From Diadema antillarum (taxonomy: Eukaryota): 64,000 nucleotides of DNA. Every line of letters starts with the position of its first letter. The stretch's first letter is position 1. The position numbers were made by a program, and so were the translations under genes. The notes below the pieces were generated by a model. It saw only the letters and a list, made by a program, of their open reading frames with translations, had not been told where the DNA came from and did not search any database. Positions 22,688-34,479 of this stretch are shown here, one piece after another. Location: contig NW_027270897.1 in assembly GCF_040938485.1 (NCBI RefSeq), positions 1,178,001 through 1,242,000 on the forward strand. Direction: 5' to 3'.

Positions 22688-25290
22688 GGGCAATTCCATG
22701 GGAATGTGGACATGGCACTGAAATTTCAACTTTATCATATTGCAAAAGAATTACTCATTATGTATTACCCATATATTGAAGTTAAAGAAACTCAAAGAAT
22801 TATATCAATCGGTCAAATATTTCCCGAGAAACAGCTACAAATGTTGAAGACAATTTTTCAGTCATCCGAATTGCTAAAATGCATGCTTAACTTGATATAA
22901 TTTTTTTTTAATAGAAAAATTCTACTAGCACTTCAATTAATTTATTTTAAAGAAGCAAATTGGTTCTACTTCAGTCTCCCATGAGGAAATTTTTATGCCA
23001 CCTTCAGAAAATTCTAATCACCACATGTGAAAGTTCAGCCCTTGAGCCATGTAACGCGAGTTACCGAAACAAGAAATATTTTTCATTCTGAAGGAAGCAG
23101 TGGAGGTAATTTGTTGGGAATCGTAATTTTCTAAATTCATCACACCCTGATACTGTACACAGGATGTTGACTTGAATAAACACTGTTATCACATTAAAAA
23201 ATGTCAATGAAAAGTGTAACGCGAGTTACCATGTAACGCGAGTTACCGGCATGTAACGCGAGTTACCAACTATAAACACAAGTTTCCCCCAACATAAGCA
23301 AATTTTAGCACTTAATTGAGCTAGATTGTGGTGAAAACAATCAAATGCAGTGCTATACACACTATGCTGGACTGAAACAAAGGAGGGCAGCCTAATAAAC
23401 TGTGATTAGCATCAAGGCCACTGATCACATGCCACATTGAAGAGTCTAGCCTGGCTTTCACTGCATACTGTACATGTATCCAGCAGTGAATGAGACCATT
23501 AGATTTATCTTTTGAATTGCCTGCATCAGTATTACAGAATTTTTATTACAGAATGCTATAAAGCACAGCAAGTGTTGGTTCTAATCCTTGTTCGGTGGTC
23601 TACTGAAGATGACACCTGTCCGGAGATCAGGAGGTTGTGGGTTCGAATCCTGCTCAAGTATGTATGCCCATGATTTTTTTATCATGGCTACTAATAAAAC
23701 ACTGATCAATTCAGTGAGCTTATTAACGTTGATGTAGGGCAATTTGTCAATCAGTTGCAATGAAAACATCTCAACGGAAGAATTTCATGAATTTGAATAA
23801 TTACGCAGTACCCACTGCATGTTATAAGGATTAGAACCAGCACTTGCTGTCGGGCGAAAGCACGGTGGTCTAGTGGAGATGACACCTGTCCGGTGATCAG
23901 GAGGTCGTAAGTTTGAATACTGCTTGAGTATGTATGTACGCCCATGACTTTTTTATCATGGCTACTACTAAAACACTGATCAATTCAGTGCTTATTTACG
24001 TCGATGTAGGGTAATAAGCCAGTTCGTATACACTGTAGCTCATGTACACATTGGTACAAATGACCTTTCTTTTTTCTCAGTTGGTTCGGCACTTCACTTG
24101 TTTTCAAAGCAGCATAATGCATAAGCTTGCATGACATAACAATTCATGGAACTTCTGTTCAAAAAAAGAATGAACTTGCATTTTGTAGATCAGGGGATCA
24201 GAATACTCCCATCAGTTTATAATTTAGCAGGCATCCATTTCATTGTTTTGTATTGAATGCAGTAACAGCTTATTTCCGTTTATATTGCAAAATACCATTC
24301 TTGCTGTCAGGTGGATGTGCTGGCAAGCATCATTTAGATAAGGATCGCATGAATAATCATCGCATCACAGATGCTTATGTCAGTGAATTTACAAACCAAA
24401 ATGCCTGTTCGTACAAATGATCTTTTTTTGTTCATGCACAAAGTGGAATTACGAACTGGTCTTTTTGTCAATCAGTTGCAAAGAAATGTACTAGTTTTCA
24501 CTCCTCACAAAGATAGGATTTGAATTTTTGAAAGATTGTAAGCTGTTTCGTAAACTTGTATATAGGGTTTGATACTTTTATGTTTTGTTTTAAAAAGACT
24601 TTCAACATTTTTCATCTTTACACTCTGAAACTTACAATGTGATAATACACCTATATCATCTAGTATATATTCAAACATATTCAAGGTCTCTATGAGGAGT
24701 GAAGCTCTTATTAGTCTTAAACACACTCTTCTATTGGGTTTATTAGTAAAACATTTGTTTAACATATTCGTTTTACTATCTACACAAATAAGCATCTCTC
24801 AGATTATTCAACACAAGATTCAGTGCCATCAGAACAATTGTATGTCATCAATTTGTGTCACCCTGTGTTAGTGGACATAATGTAACGCGAGTTACCGTAA
24901 CGCGAGTTACCGACATAAAGGCTCCCTACATTTTTCCAGGTCATTGTTACTCAACTCTGATATTGTTAATTTATGAGTCCTAACCCACTATCAATTCAAG
25001 GTAGGAAAACTTTTATCAAGATTGTCTAGTATGAGGAGACTTTCCAAAAAGAGGTCTTCATAGAATTGACCATGTCCTTTTTGTGTAACGCGAGTTACCG
25101 AAATTAAATGATTCAAGAATCCCAACATGTTTGTCCTTTATTTTTCTTTTTGGATTCATTTAGTTGGTGTATGTCTACTTAACCCATGATGAAAAAAGTA
25201 ACTTGTAGATCCTACCAATTACAAAGATATTGGCACATTATCCCCAAAATGTACCCATTATTTGTAACGCGAGTTACCGTGGAATTGCCC
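22688..25290. mobile_element. 2.6-kb non-autonomous DNA transposon, GGGCAATTCCA(T/C)GG TIRs, 4-bp TSD AAAT (Sola-like by TSD and ends)
   Basis: AAAT at 22684-87 and 25291-94; 13/14 TIR match; eight GTAACGCGAGTTACC motifs; no transposase ORF. The family label is inference. Confidence 0.8.
23593..24015 (+). repeat. Tandem pair (270-bp period) of tRNA-derived SINE-like heads
   Basis: Copy 1 has box B GGTTCGAATCC at 23640-50; copy 2 has box A TGGTCTAGTGG at 23866-76; ~150 bp of shared downstream sequence; no acceptor stem. Confidence 0.7.
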
Positions 25291-26175
25291 AAATAAACTT
25301 TGAATTCCTCTTAAAATGGTATGCTCTGTACTATATCATAAGTGTTTTCTTGGTATCTCACAAAAAGTTAAAAGCCCAATTCTCATCTCCACCAATACTG
25401 TACCATCCCTTTAAGACCTAATTTCAGGTTTCTAACATTTTTTGGTGAGATAGTGAGAAACCTCTCATGAAAGAGCTGATATTGTATACAATACATAACA
25501 AAGCACGGGGAGACACACCACGGACCACGTCCACCTCTGTGGAGAGTCAGCTAACAACTGCTCGCTCACACTGCCCAAGCAAGAGTAAACCCACATGCGA
25601 CCCGTGCCCCCCACTACAACTTTTAAGGTCACGGGGTCACCGCACGCCACGTACGTCCTACTAGACGTACCAGAGACACCTACTTCCAGTGCTCTAAACT
25701 CATTTCATTACACAGCCCCTCCCTAAGACTAGTCAGTCCCTTGACGAGAGCATGTCTTCTCATACATTATGAAATGACCAAAACCGGATTCTAAAATTCT
25801 GTATCTCTTACAATTAGAAACATAAACAATAACGCAATATCGACCTGCTTATTTGAACCTCTCCAATTAGCATAGCAACCTTACCTCTCCTTCTAAGCTC
25901 ACTAAAACAAGCTAAAACAACAAGTATCTTGCGTGAAAACATGAAAGACTTTCTTGCAACTTTGCATGAACATGTACTTATATAACTTAAGTCATCACCA
26001 TAGTAAAAGCTGAATCATTACTTCACGTTTGAGTTATTTATAGATAGTTTGGTCTTCCACCATTTTTATGACGTAGATTTAAAAGATCACCTTGTGTATG
26101 CATTACCATTCTTGAGGTGATTTGTACTTTTCCTGTGGTAACTCTTACGGTAGATGAAATTATATTTATACTTAA

Positions 26176-26745
26176 AGGACAAGTTCCCCTTCATAAACAT
26201 AAGGATTGAGAGAATGTAGCAATATTAGTAGAACACATCATTGAAAGTTTGAGGAAAATCAGACAATCCGTTCAAAAGTTATGAATTTTTGAAGTTTTTG
26301 TGCAGTACCCGCTGGATGAGAAGACTACTGCAGTGTATGAATAACTTAGATGTCACATGCGTACAACAATATAAGGAACATATAAAGAGAATTTCACAAA
26401 ATTCCATCTTTTGAAAAAAAGTACACATTCCCCTGACTCGTTACCAATAAATGTTATGGGTAATATTATTCCCCCTGCCTTTAGAAAGAGGCAAGTCAAT
26501 TGCTCTTTTATTATGCGAAAAAAGTGAAAATATGTTGAATTTTCTTTTATATTTTCTTTATACTGTTGTACGCATATGACTCACAAGCTGTAGTAGTCTC
26601 CTCATCCAGCGGTTCCAACACAAAAATTTAAAAAATTCATAACTTTTGCATCGATTGTCCAATTTTCCTCAAACTTTCACTGATGTGTTCAACTAATATT
26701 GTTGCATTTTCTCAATCCTTATGTTTATGAAGGTGAACTTGTCCT
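26176..26745. mobile_element. 570-bp Kolobok-like TTAA MITE (AGGACAAGTTC...GAACTTGTCCT)
   Basis: TTAA at 26172-75 and 26746-49; inverted arms over 100 bp long. Confidence 0.85.
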
Positions 26746-26819
26746 TTAAGTACATGAATAAACAAAGCTCTCTTGATAGCAGTCCACATTATCTTAAACA
26801 CATATATAAAAACACATAA

Positions 26820-28890
26820 AACACTGGAGCGTCACTAGTCGTTGCACCTCTTTGCTAGGTCTGAACTCCCACCACAGCGTCAACAACGAATTCCTTGCGT
26901 CGTTCCAGCTTGTTGAACAAGACTCTGTCCTTGTACGTCATCTCGCAGACGGTCTCTGTGATCTTGTGTACCCAGCCAAGGAGAACCTTGGGTAGGGCAA
27001 AACACTGGAGCGTCACTATTCGTTGCACCTCTTTGCTAGGTCTGAACTCCCACCACAGCGTCAACAAAGAATTCCTTGCATCGTTCCAGCTTGTTGAACA
27101 AGACTCCATCTTTGTACGTCATCTCGCAGACGGTCTCTGTGATCTTGTGTACCAGGCCAACGAGAACCTTGGCCAATTCCCTCTCCATCATACAGTAGGT
27201 TGACCTGGTGTCCCAGCCTCCACATGGTGCAACTTTGTTAGCCATTGAGGTGCGTTCTTGCTCCCCGCTCGGAGGAACACCACTTCATACTGCCTGTTTT
27301 GTTGCTGCATACCGTCTACAATCCAGCTCAAACTCATCCGTCTGGGCATCAGAAATCACATGCTTGGCAAAGTCAGTCAGCTTCAGCAGGTAGCGAAGTG
27401 TCTCTGAATGTCCCCTCAGCACCTCTGTTGGGTCTATAGCAGATACACATTTCAAAAATGGATTATTGAGGGGCATTTTCTTTTGCAGTCGTTCTGTACA
27501 TGGTGTGTACGCTTGTTGCACATTGTCCAAGAATTTAAAATCAAGTCGCTGCATCATCAGTTATCAAGTCCTTTGCAGCTTTCCCCACAAACATCTTCTT
27601 CTTGGGTAGCAAGTTCGTCTTACTTCTAACATCAAGATCACCAAGGACTTCTGCTTTTGTCAGCACTTGTGGTCTGATGAAACAAACTAGAAAATCATTC
27701 AGGAGTTCCGCTTGGTAGTCATTCAGTTTAAAGATAAGAGGTTCTGTCATCTTGAATGTTTTCGCATACTTTTGTAACAATGGCAATACCGACATAAAGA
27801 AGGAAAGTTGGAGTTCCGTTGTCTTCCTGCAGATGAATACTCGTAGCTTGTTCACTGTTCTTCTCTTCCTTTCTGTCCCTTCTTTTGTCATTCCTGACTT
27901 GTTTAAGCAGCGTTTTCTTTCTTGTACCACCTGCTGACGTGCCTCTTTACTCAACTTATGTTTCGTGTATATCCCGGTCACAGCTCTTCCTCTGACAAAA
28001 AGCCAAAATAGAATAAGGTGAGAGCATCAAACATGCGGCGGAGGTCACTGCCTGTGTTATACACACTGAGCCGACAATGTGCATTGTAGTTAAGTGGTTG
28101 CATGTATTTGATACTCAAAATTTGGCATATTTCTTGATGGGATTCTGCTGACCACATGAAATCTGTGTGAAAGTCTTTGATGAGGCCCTCCAAATGATAT
28201 CCAAACGGCTCACAAAGTGTCTTGGCTGCATTATGGGCGTGATGGCATGAATCCCCGTCAACATCCAGCAGATGAGGTGCTTTGTTGGCACGGATTCGTG
28301 TTTCAAGGCCTGACTTCGATCCTCGCGTGACTGCACAGCTGTCCATCAGAATCAATAGCAAGTTTGTCCAAGGTAAATTGAACTCTTCAAACATGTCTAC
28401 AAGAGCTTCATACATGGATTCAGCATTGATACGTACTAAGCTGATTGACTTCAAATGACATGTGATTACTTCTTTCTGAGAAGGTTTGTAATACCTAACT
28501 AACACTGGCAAAACTCTAATTGTGTTGTTGCTAGTTGCTTCATCGATATTGAAGGCTGAAATGTGTTTAAGTCCTAAATAAGTTCATCGTGAAATGTCTT
28601 CGCCAACCCATGCTGCATCTTGTATGATGCTGCTGTTCTCAAAAGAGAAACTGTTTCCAGTGTTTTCTTGTCTTTAGCAAGCTCTTGTGAAAGTTTGATT
28701 AGTTTTGGAGCAGTAGCATAAGGTAAGTTTTCCTCAGCAATAAAGCCAAGGACAGTAGCTTCTTGGTTTGTTGACCTTTGTCTGGCTGGTGTGTAAGGAT
28801 GAGGAACATTTTAGGGACCAGCTATGGGATGAAGCCCGTAAGGTGAACCGGCATTGACACTTGAGCTCGAACTTGAAGTTGAAGGTTTAT
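26820..28890 (-). pseudogene. Decayed hAT-superfamily-like DDE transposase
   Basis: Frameshifted pieces: ...AFNIDEATSNNTIRVLPVLVRYY (first D), LMDSCAVTRGSKSGLE (second D), DGDSCHHAHNA (CxxH), CVSAIDP; stops and frameshifts throughout; 181-bp tandem duplication at 26820-27172. Confidence 0.75.
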
Positions 28891-29369
28891 CTGTAATTAG
28901 AGTTAGTGGTTCACATCAAGCAAGCTCTTGTGAAAGTTTGATAAGTTTTGGAGCAATAGCATAAGGTAACTTTTCCTCAGCAATAAAACCAAGGACAGTA
29001 TCATTTTAGCATCTGATTTGGTTATACAACTTACAAAACGTACACATAAACTGATAGAGGGCCTACAGTTTTAAGGCTAAATCATCTCTATTTTCAAATC
29101 CAATAACTGGACTTCTAAAGATATTAATGTTACTGGGCAACAAAATTCACATCAGTAGTCCCACACAGAGCTACAGTTTTTGTTCTTAAAATTTCATCAT
29201 TTGGGATAATTTTTTTCTCTCAAGTTTCATGTTTATAGCTTTTAAGTACTTCTAGATCAGTTTGGGATAGTTTTTATGATCGGATTGCCTTTCAAAAATG
29301 GAAGATTACGAGGATTTTTCTTCGCATGTGCACAACACAATTTAAGAATTCAGCCCATTAAAGCTTGTT

Positions 29370-30190
29370 CATGCAGCTTAAAGAATAAGTATGTCGAGTT
29401 AAAGGACTTATTAAATGATGACAACATTGATGTTTATTAGTGCTGTGGCAGAAACTTGACTAGATGAAACTGCCAGATGCTGAATTCACTCATGATAGAT
29501 ATATATGTTTTATATATGTTTTATTATTTTTATATTATCTATTTATTTATATATAGTGCAGGAGTGAGTGATACATTCATCATGAGTAATCATTGTATGT
29601 GTCATATCACTTCAGCAGTTCCAGTTCCAAGAATAAGTTATGCACCTCAAAAGGTATGGCTGTATTCCAAGGGAGACTATGACAGCTTTAATTCTAAGAT
29701 CCAATATACAGACTGGAAGACCAATTTTGACAAGAAAACTGTTCATCAAAAGTGGGATTTTCTGAAGAAGAAATATTTTGTTTGCCTTGAAAAATTTGTT
29801 CAATACAAACTGGTGAAGGTCAACCAGAGACACCAGCCACTGTAGACTAATTTTAAATCCATCAAAAAAGTCAAGAGGAAAAGATGAGCAGGTAGAGTTC
29901 ATGTCAAAGTTCATACTCTATATGCACATCGATTGCAAGGTGATCTTTTGGATTCTGAAGTAAAGCAAAAAGTACATGAAGCCAAACAAAACTACAAAAG
30001 TAACTTGGTGCAGCAGATTCAGAGCAAACCCCCAAAAATTCTTCAATTACCATAGACATTTCATGATATCATCATCTACTATCAAGGATGGTGTTAAGAT
30101 ATTTGATGGTGAAAATAAAGCCAATGTATGGAATGACTTATTCTGTAGTGTTCAATACACAGGAGATCATGAACGAAGAACCTAGGATAA
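29370..30190 (+). mobile_element. CR1/L2-type LINE ORF2 fragment (APE endonuclease start and EN-RT linker)
   Basis: SLKNKYVELKDLLNDDNID..AET.LDE; WLYSKGDYDSF..IQYTDW..FD..TVHQKWDF; NPQKFFNY; ENKANVWNDLFCSV; split by an AT-rich microsatellite. Confidence 0.7.
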
Positions 30191-31199
30191 TCTGGTAATA
30201 AAATATCCTAGATCTACATCAATTACATTCCTTCAACTGGATTTATACTATTGTCTTGATCATGTAAATTTTTACAAATATTTATGTTGCTCACCTCCTT
30301 TCGGTTGACAATCAAGTCTGTAGTTAGACTTCATCAACTTTAGTTGGCTCTGGTGGTTCTTGCCCCAACAGTGATCCTGTAGGGCGGGAAGACCTCATGT
30401 TGAATACTTGATTTCTGCATCACATATAACAGTGTTTCCACACACACCTCCCTCATGTTTGGATGATTATCCCTCAGGAATGCTACCATTACCAAAAACC
30501 AAAAAGTCAAGAATCCTAAGTTTACCTTTTATTTCATAACTCTGATAAAGATGACACACAATTGTGACTGTTCTGGTTTATAAAAAAACTAAAAACAAAA
30601 CAAAACAAAAAGACTGGTCATACACCAATATTTGACGGAATGACTTTTTCCGGGAGAGTCTAACTTGCGTATCACCGCGGATCCACAGAAAATTTTCATG
30701 TCTGGTTGTAACTTCTTATAAATCATTTTTAATTGGGCAGTTACCCATTCAAGTTACTGAAACTTTTTTTTCGCGTAATCAAAGTACATTTTACGCTTTG
30801 GAGTTACTGGTCCGCAGGTTTTTTTCTCTTTTTTTTTGTATGAGTTGTTTTAAAATATGTGGGATTGTTTTGTCTTCGCTGCTATCTCACACCAGCACAC
30901 AACTGATAATCAGACAGATGTAACAAAAAAAAGTATAATGATTTGTATGAATCGCCCTAACAATGATGTCATGTTTTGTGTTTATGTGTGGTTTATGTAG
31001 TGTTGGTATATTAAATATTATCGATATCACATTCGCGCATCCGCTTTCTATCTAACACACACGCACAGATACATTCACACTTTCGGATTCAGGCAAATTT
31101 TGATGCACTCTTTTTGACCAATACTGATATTGTAATAATCCCCTTTCTATCTCTCAACAAATCAAGAAATGAGACAAGACCCGTAATATATCATTGGAA

Positions 31200-33071
31200 G
31201 AACATGTATTTCTTGGTATAAACACAAATAACTAGACCAGATGCCAAGACATGTCAGTATAGTACAGTCCAATATCAGCAGCTGTGAACCTTCAGCTGGC
31301 AGTGTTTGACACCGGTATCTCTTAATACTGGCAAATGCGCAGCAACAACTTTCTAGGTGAGAACGATGTAGTATCAACTCCTGTGAACCTTCAGCTGCTG
31401 GTCGTTGACATCTGTCTTGCTGATGAAGATGTACAGTAGCTGCATCCATCGCAGGTGCACCAACCAAGACCCTTCTCCTGGAACAGGGGCATATGCTGGC
31501 ATGGTGGTACGCAAAGTGCTTGAAGAGCTTCCACAAATGTGACAAAGAGTCCCAGTGATGCTGTAGATGGTGATGGTGATGAAAATCCCCTGAAGATGCG
31601 TAGGTCGTTGGCATTGAGTGAAGGAGGGTGTTGTGTGCAGTGGTCGCAGCTGTCACACTTTGTGAAGATGATACATCCGATGCGTCTGTCCATGTGCTGG
31701 AGGATGAAGGTGTACTCCTCGTCAGTGGTGCTTCCTCGCAGTGTCCTGGCTGATCCCCCGATGGTGGCTTTGATATAGTTGTAGTCTGCTTCTTATAGCT
31801 GTTGCTCTCCACTGCTGGGCTCTATGCCGACCAGCATTTGCTTGCCTGAAAACGAAAGGTGCCGCCAGCGAATGTCCTTGATGTCCATCATTGGAGCATT
31901 TAAGACGGCGAGTTCTTTCTGCTTCTTCTCTGGTTTTGTGAAGCCCTGGTGACATGGGGGCTGATCCTTGTCACAGAGGGTGGACGGCAAGTACACGTTG
32001 GTCAGGGCCTTGGTACAGGGGCCCCAGAGATGCTCCATGGGGTTTATCGCTGAATCACTGGGACAGTACACAGAAACCACCATGGCGTCGAGGCACATGG
32101 CTCTGAAGATTCGGCTGTTGTAGAAAGCTTTCACAGCATGGTTTGAGTTGGAGTTTAGGCCTCTGCCAACAATGAGAAACAGTGTAGAAACTCCATTCCG
32201 GATCCTCACATGAACATCCAGGTGCTGAGTCAGATCTTTGAGGTGTGCAGTGATGTTTGATGCCGAGTTAGGGCTATGGAGAATGACGGTCCTAGCAAGA
32301 TCCTTCTGCAGAGGCCTGCAATCAGAGGAACATAGAAAACAATACACATTCATGCATGTTATATCAAAAATTGTCAAATTTGCTGCAAAACACTTGCCCA
32401 AACATTAATTTTGCTTGCCTCAAAAAACGTCCAAAATATAAGGAAATAATAAAGAAAATCATCTGTTAGTCAAGGGCTTTATAAAACACAATCATTTGAA
32501 TAAACAGCACACATCAATTTGCATGTTTAATCACAATGGAGTAAGAAACTTGGTCCGATGAAGTGTTGCTGTTACGTTGCACTGGGGCTTCTTCACATAA
32601 GTGTTGGAAAGTTGCTGAAATGACATATAAAGTGTCTTGCATCACTAAAGAGCCATTATCTTGGGCTTCTGTATGGTTGACTTTGTGGGTTTGTGGGGGG
32701 GGGGGGGGAATAAGTGAAAAAAGGGTGGCTCCATTACTTTGCTTGCCCAATTCGGGCAAGCATTAGTTCTCATTGTTCAAAAACACTTGCCCGAATTTGA
32801 TTTTCACTTGCCCTGGGCAATCGGGCAAGTGCTTATGTAGCACCCTGCAATTGGACAATTCTCTGTACTGGGGAACCTTGTTCCATGTTTAAGGACTACA
32901 TCTGGCCTTCATGATGTGTCCCATAGCCTTCACCCAGTTCCTGGTTTAGTCACAGATGGCACCCATGGGAAAAGTGGTTGTCAGCTCCACACCGATCGCA
33001 GTGTCAGCAGCTGTTACCTTGGTCACGTGGTAGACATGCATGTCATAGTATGATATTGGCAATCGTTCTGT
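31200..33071 (-). pseudogene. Decayed, apparently spliced DDE transposase-like gene (SAxNPxE motif; Zator/IS630-Tc1-like) with C-terminal Cys/His repeats
   Basis: LDAMVVSVYCPSDSAINPMEHLWGPCTKAL; CDSCDHCTQHP; two QLKVH zinc-finger-like units 100 bp apart; acceptor-like sites at 32316-17 and 33072-73. Family label is inference from recalled motifs. Confidence 0.55.
32380..32847 (-). mobile_element. hAT-like non-autonomous fragment (terminus CAGGGTGCTACATAAGCACTTGCCCG)
   Basis: CAGGG end at 32847; repeated cacttgcc motifs; other end not found. Confidence 0.45.
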
Positions 33072-33224
33072 CTGCAAATTAAGATGTAACTCATGTAATT
33101 ATATTACAGATGTAGTGTGTAATTGATGAAAACGATGATGATTGTTGAAAGTGTACTACCGTATATAATGTTAATGAAATTGCAGAAAGTTGGTGTATTT
33201 GAAAAAAATAGCATGCAGAGAATG

Positions 33225-33257
33225 AATCAAATCAAATCAAATCAAATCAAATCAAAT
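33225..33257. repeat. (AAATC)n microsatellite
   Basis: Direct. Confidence 0.9.
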
Positions 33258-33259
33258 TG

Positions 33260-34150
33260 ACTTTTATGACAACTCTGACATGCTGCTTGTTGTCATACAG
33301 AACTTTGACCCACTCTTACTGTCTGTATGTGGCAGTTTTAGGGTTTACAATCTCTTTGTCCACCACAGCTAGTGGAACAATCTTTTGTGTAAGGAATGAA
33401 AATTCTGCATTGTCACATCAACTGACACGGTCTGGCAGCCGATGATGTATTGCTCCACTTCCTTGAAGTAGTGGCTCTTCATGGTCCCAGGAATGGACTG
33501 GATTTTCCTGTCCTCCTTATTCCTGGCTCTGTCCGAATAGGACTTGGCGGTTTCATTTTCTTCTTTTGAGAAGTTTGGGGATCAACTCTTTGAGCGTTGG
33601 CCTTCTCTTGAACTCTACACTTGCAGGTCCCTCTTAAGCAATCAACCTCTCCCTTGCCATGGGACGTTGCATTGAAATTCCACTCAGCATCCCCATCCAT
33701 CTAAGTCATTGAACAGAGCGTGAACCCCTGCTTGAAATGTTGGGCTGCACCATCACTCTGAAATATCTTGTGTCCAATCCGCAGTTCAGTGTGACTCCTC
33801 TCTTCGAAAGTGATTCAAAAACTTTATTCAAGAAGACATGAACAGCATATTTATTGTGATGCATGTAGTCAGAGACGATAGTAGTTGGCTCACTCCTGAT
33901 GTCATGGCTGTGAATGTTCTAAAAGTGAAGAGGGAACGAGACGGTTGATTCCAATACCCACTCTGTACTTCATCCTGTGGGACAAATTGGTAATTGTCAC
34001 TGAAGTCAAAGTGGAATATTGTGTTTGCAGATAGGTTGGCTTTCTTGTTTGAAGGATGAAGACTGAGCTCATTTTACAAAGATGTGGCCCAGGAAGAATA
34101 CAAGTTTGAGGTTGATGATATCAGAAAGATGCCCAGACAGTTTAAGATGA
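33260..34150 (-). pseudogene. Decayed DNA-transposon transposase (DFSxNY / SDGAAQHFK / SHGKGxxD triad)
   Basis: IFHFDFSDNYQFVPQDEVQSGYWNQ (~33945-34020); SDYMHHNKYAVHVFL; SDGAAQHFKQ (33728-57); AEWNFNATSHGKGEVD; in-frame stops. Confidence 0.7.
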
Positions 34151-34479
34151 GAAAGAGGCCCCTCTTTCTTGATTCTCTCAGGATTCTCTCAGGATTCTCG
34201 CTACCCATTCTATAATTATCTATTGTTATACATTATTGCATTTGATAACTCACTTTCCTTTTACTAGTAGCTCATCCAATGAAAGTCTCAACTTACAATT
34301 TTGGCATGATGACAAAACAACCCAAAAAATCCAAAGTGGTTGACTTAGCAGCATTCATTCTTCATTGCATCAGTTCTAACAATTCAGTTTCGACAAAGAC
34401 AAAAGAAGAATTAAAAAAAAAGTAGGTGGAGATCGAGCTTAGGATGCTTCAATTAGCTGTGAAGGTGAAATTTACTTAC

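Larger units (their letters stand above)
22422..25410. mobile_element. Kolobok-like TTAA MITE copy B (AGGGATCGTACAGT...ACTGTACCATCCCT), split by an insertion
   Basis: TIRs and TTAA flanks; arms 22422-22687 and 25291-25410. Confidence 0.8.
22393..25476. mobile_element. Outer TTAA-type MITE copy A, split into 22393-22417 and 25415-25476
   Basis: Joining across the duplicated TTAA (22418-21, 25411-14) restores aaggatcgta..tagttttgg-ttaa-gacctaatttcaggtttctaacattttttggtgaga, which matches the left arm of copy B. Confidence 0.7.

Noticed and set aside
23593-23930. Functional tRNA genes
   Set aside because: No acceptor stem, poor anticodon stem, and each copy has one damaged box; treated as SINE-like heads.
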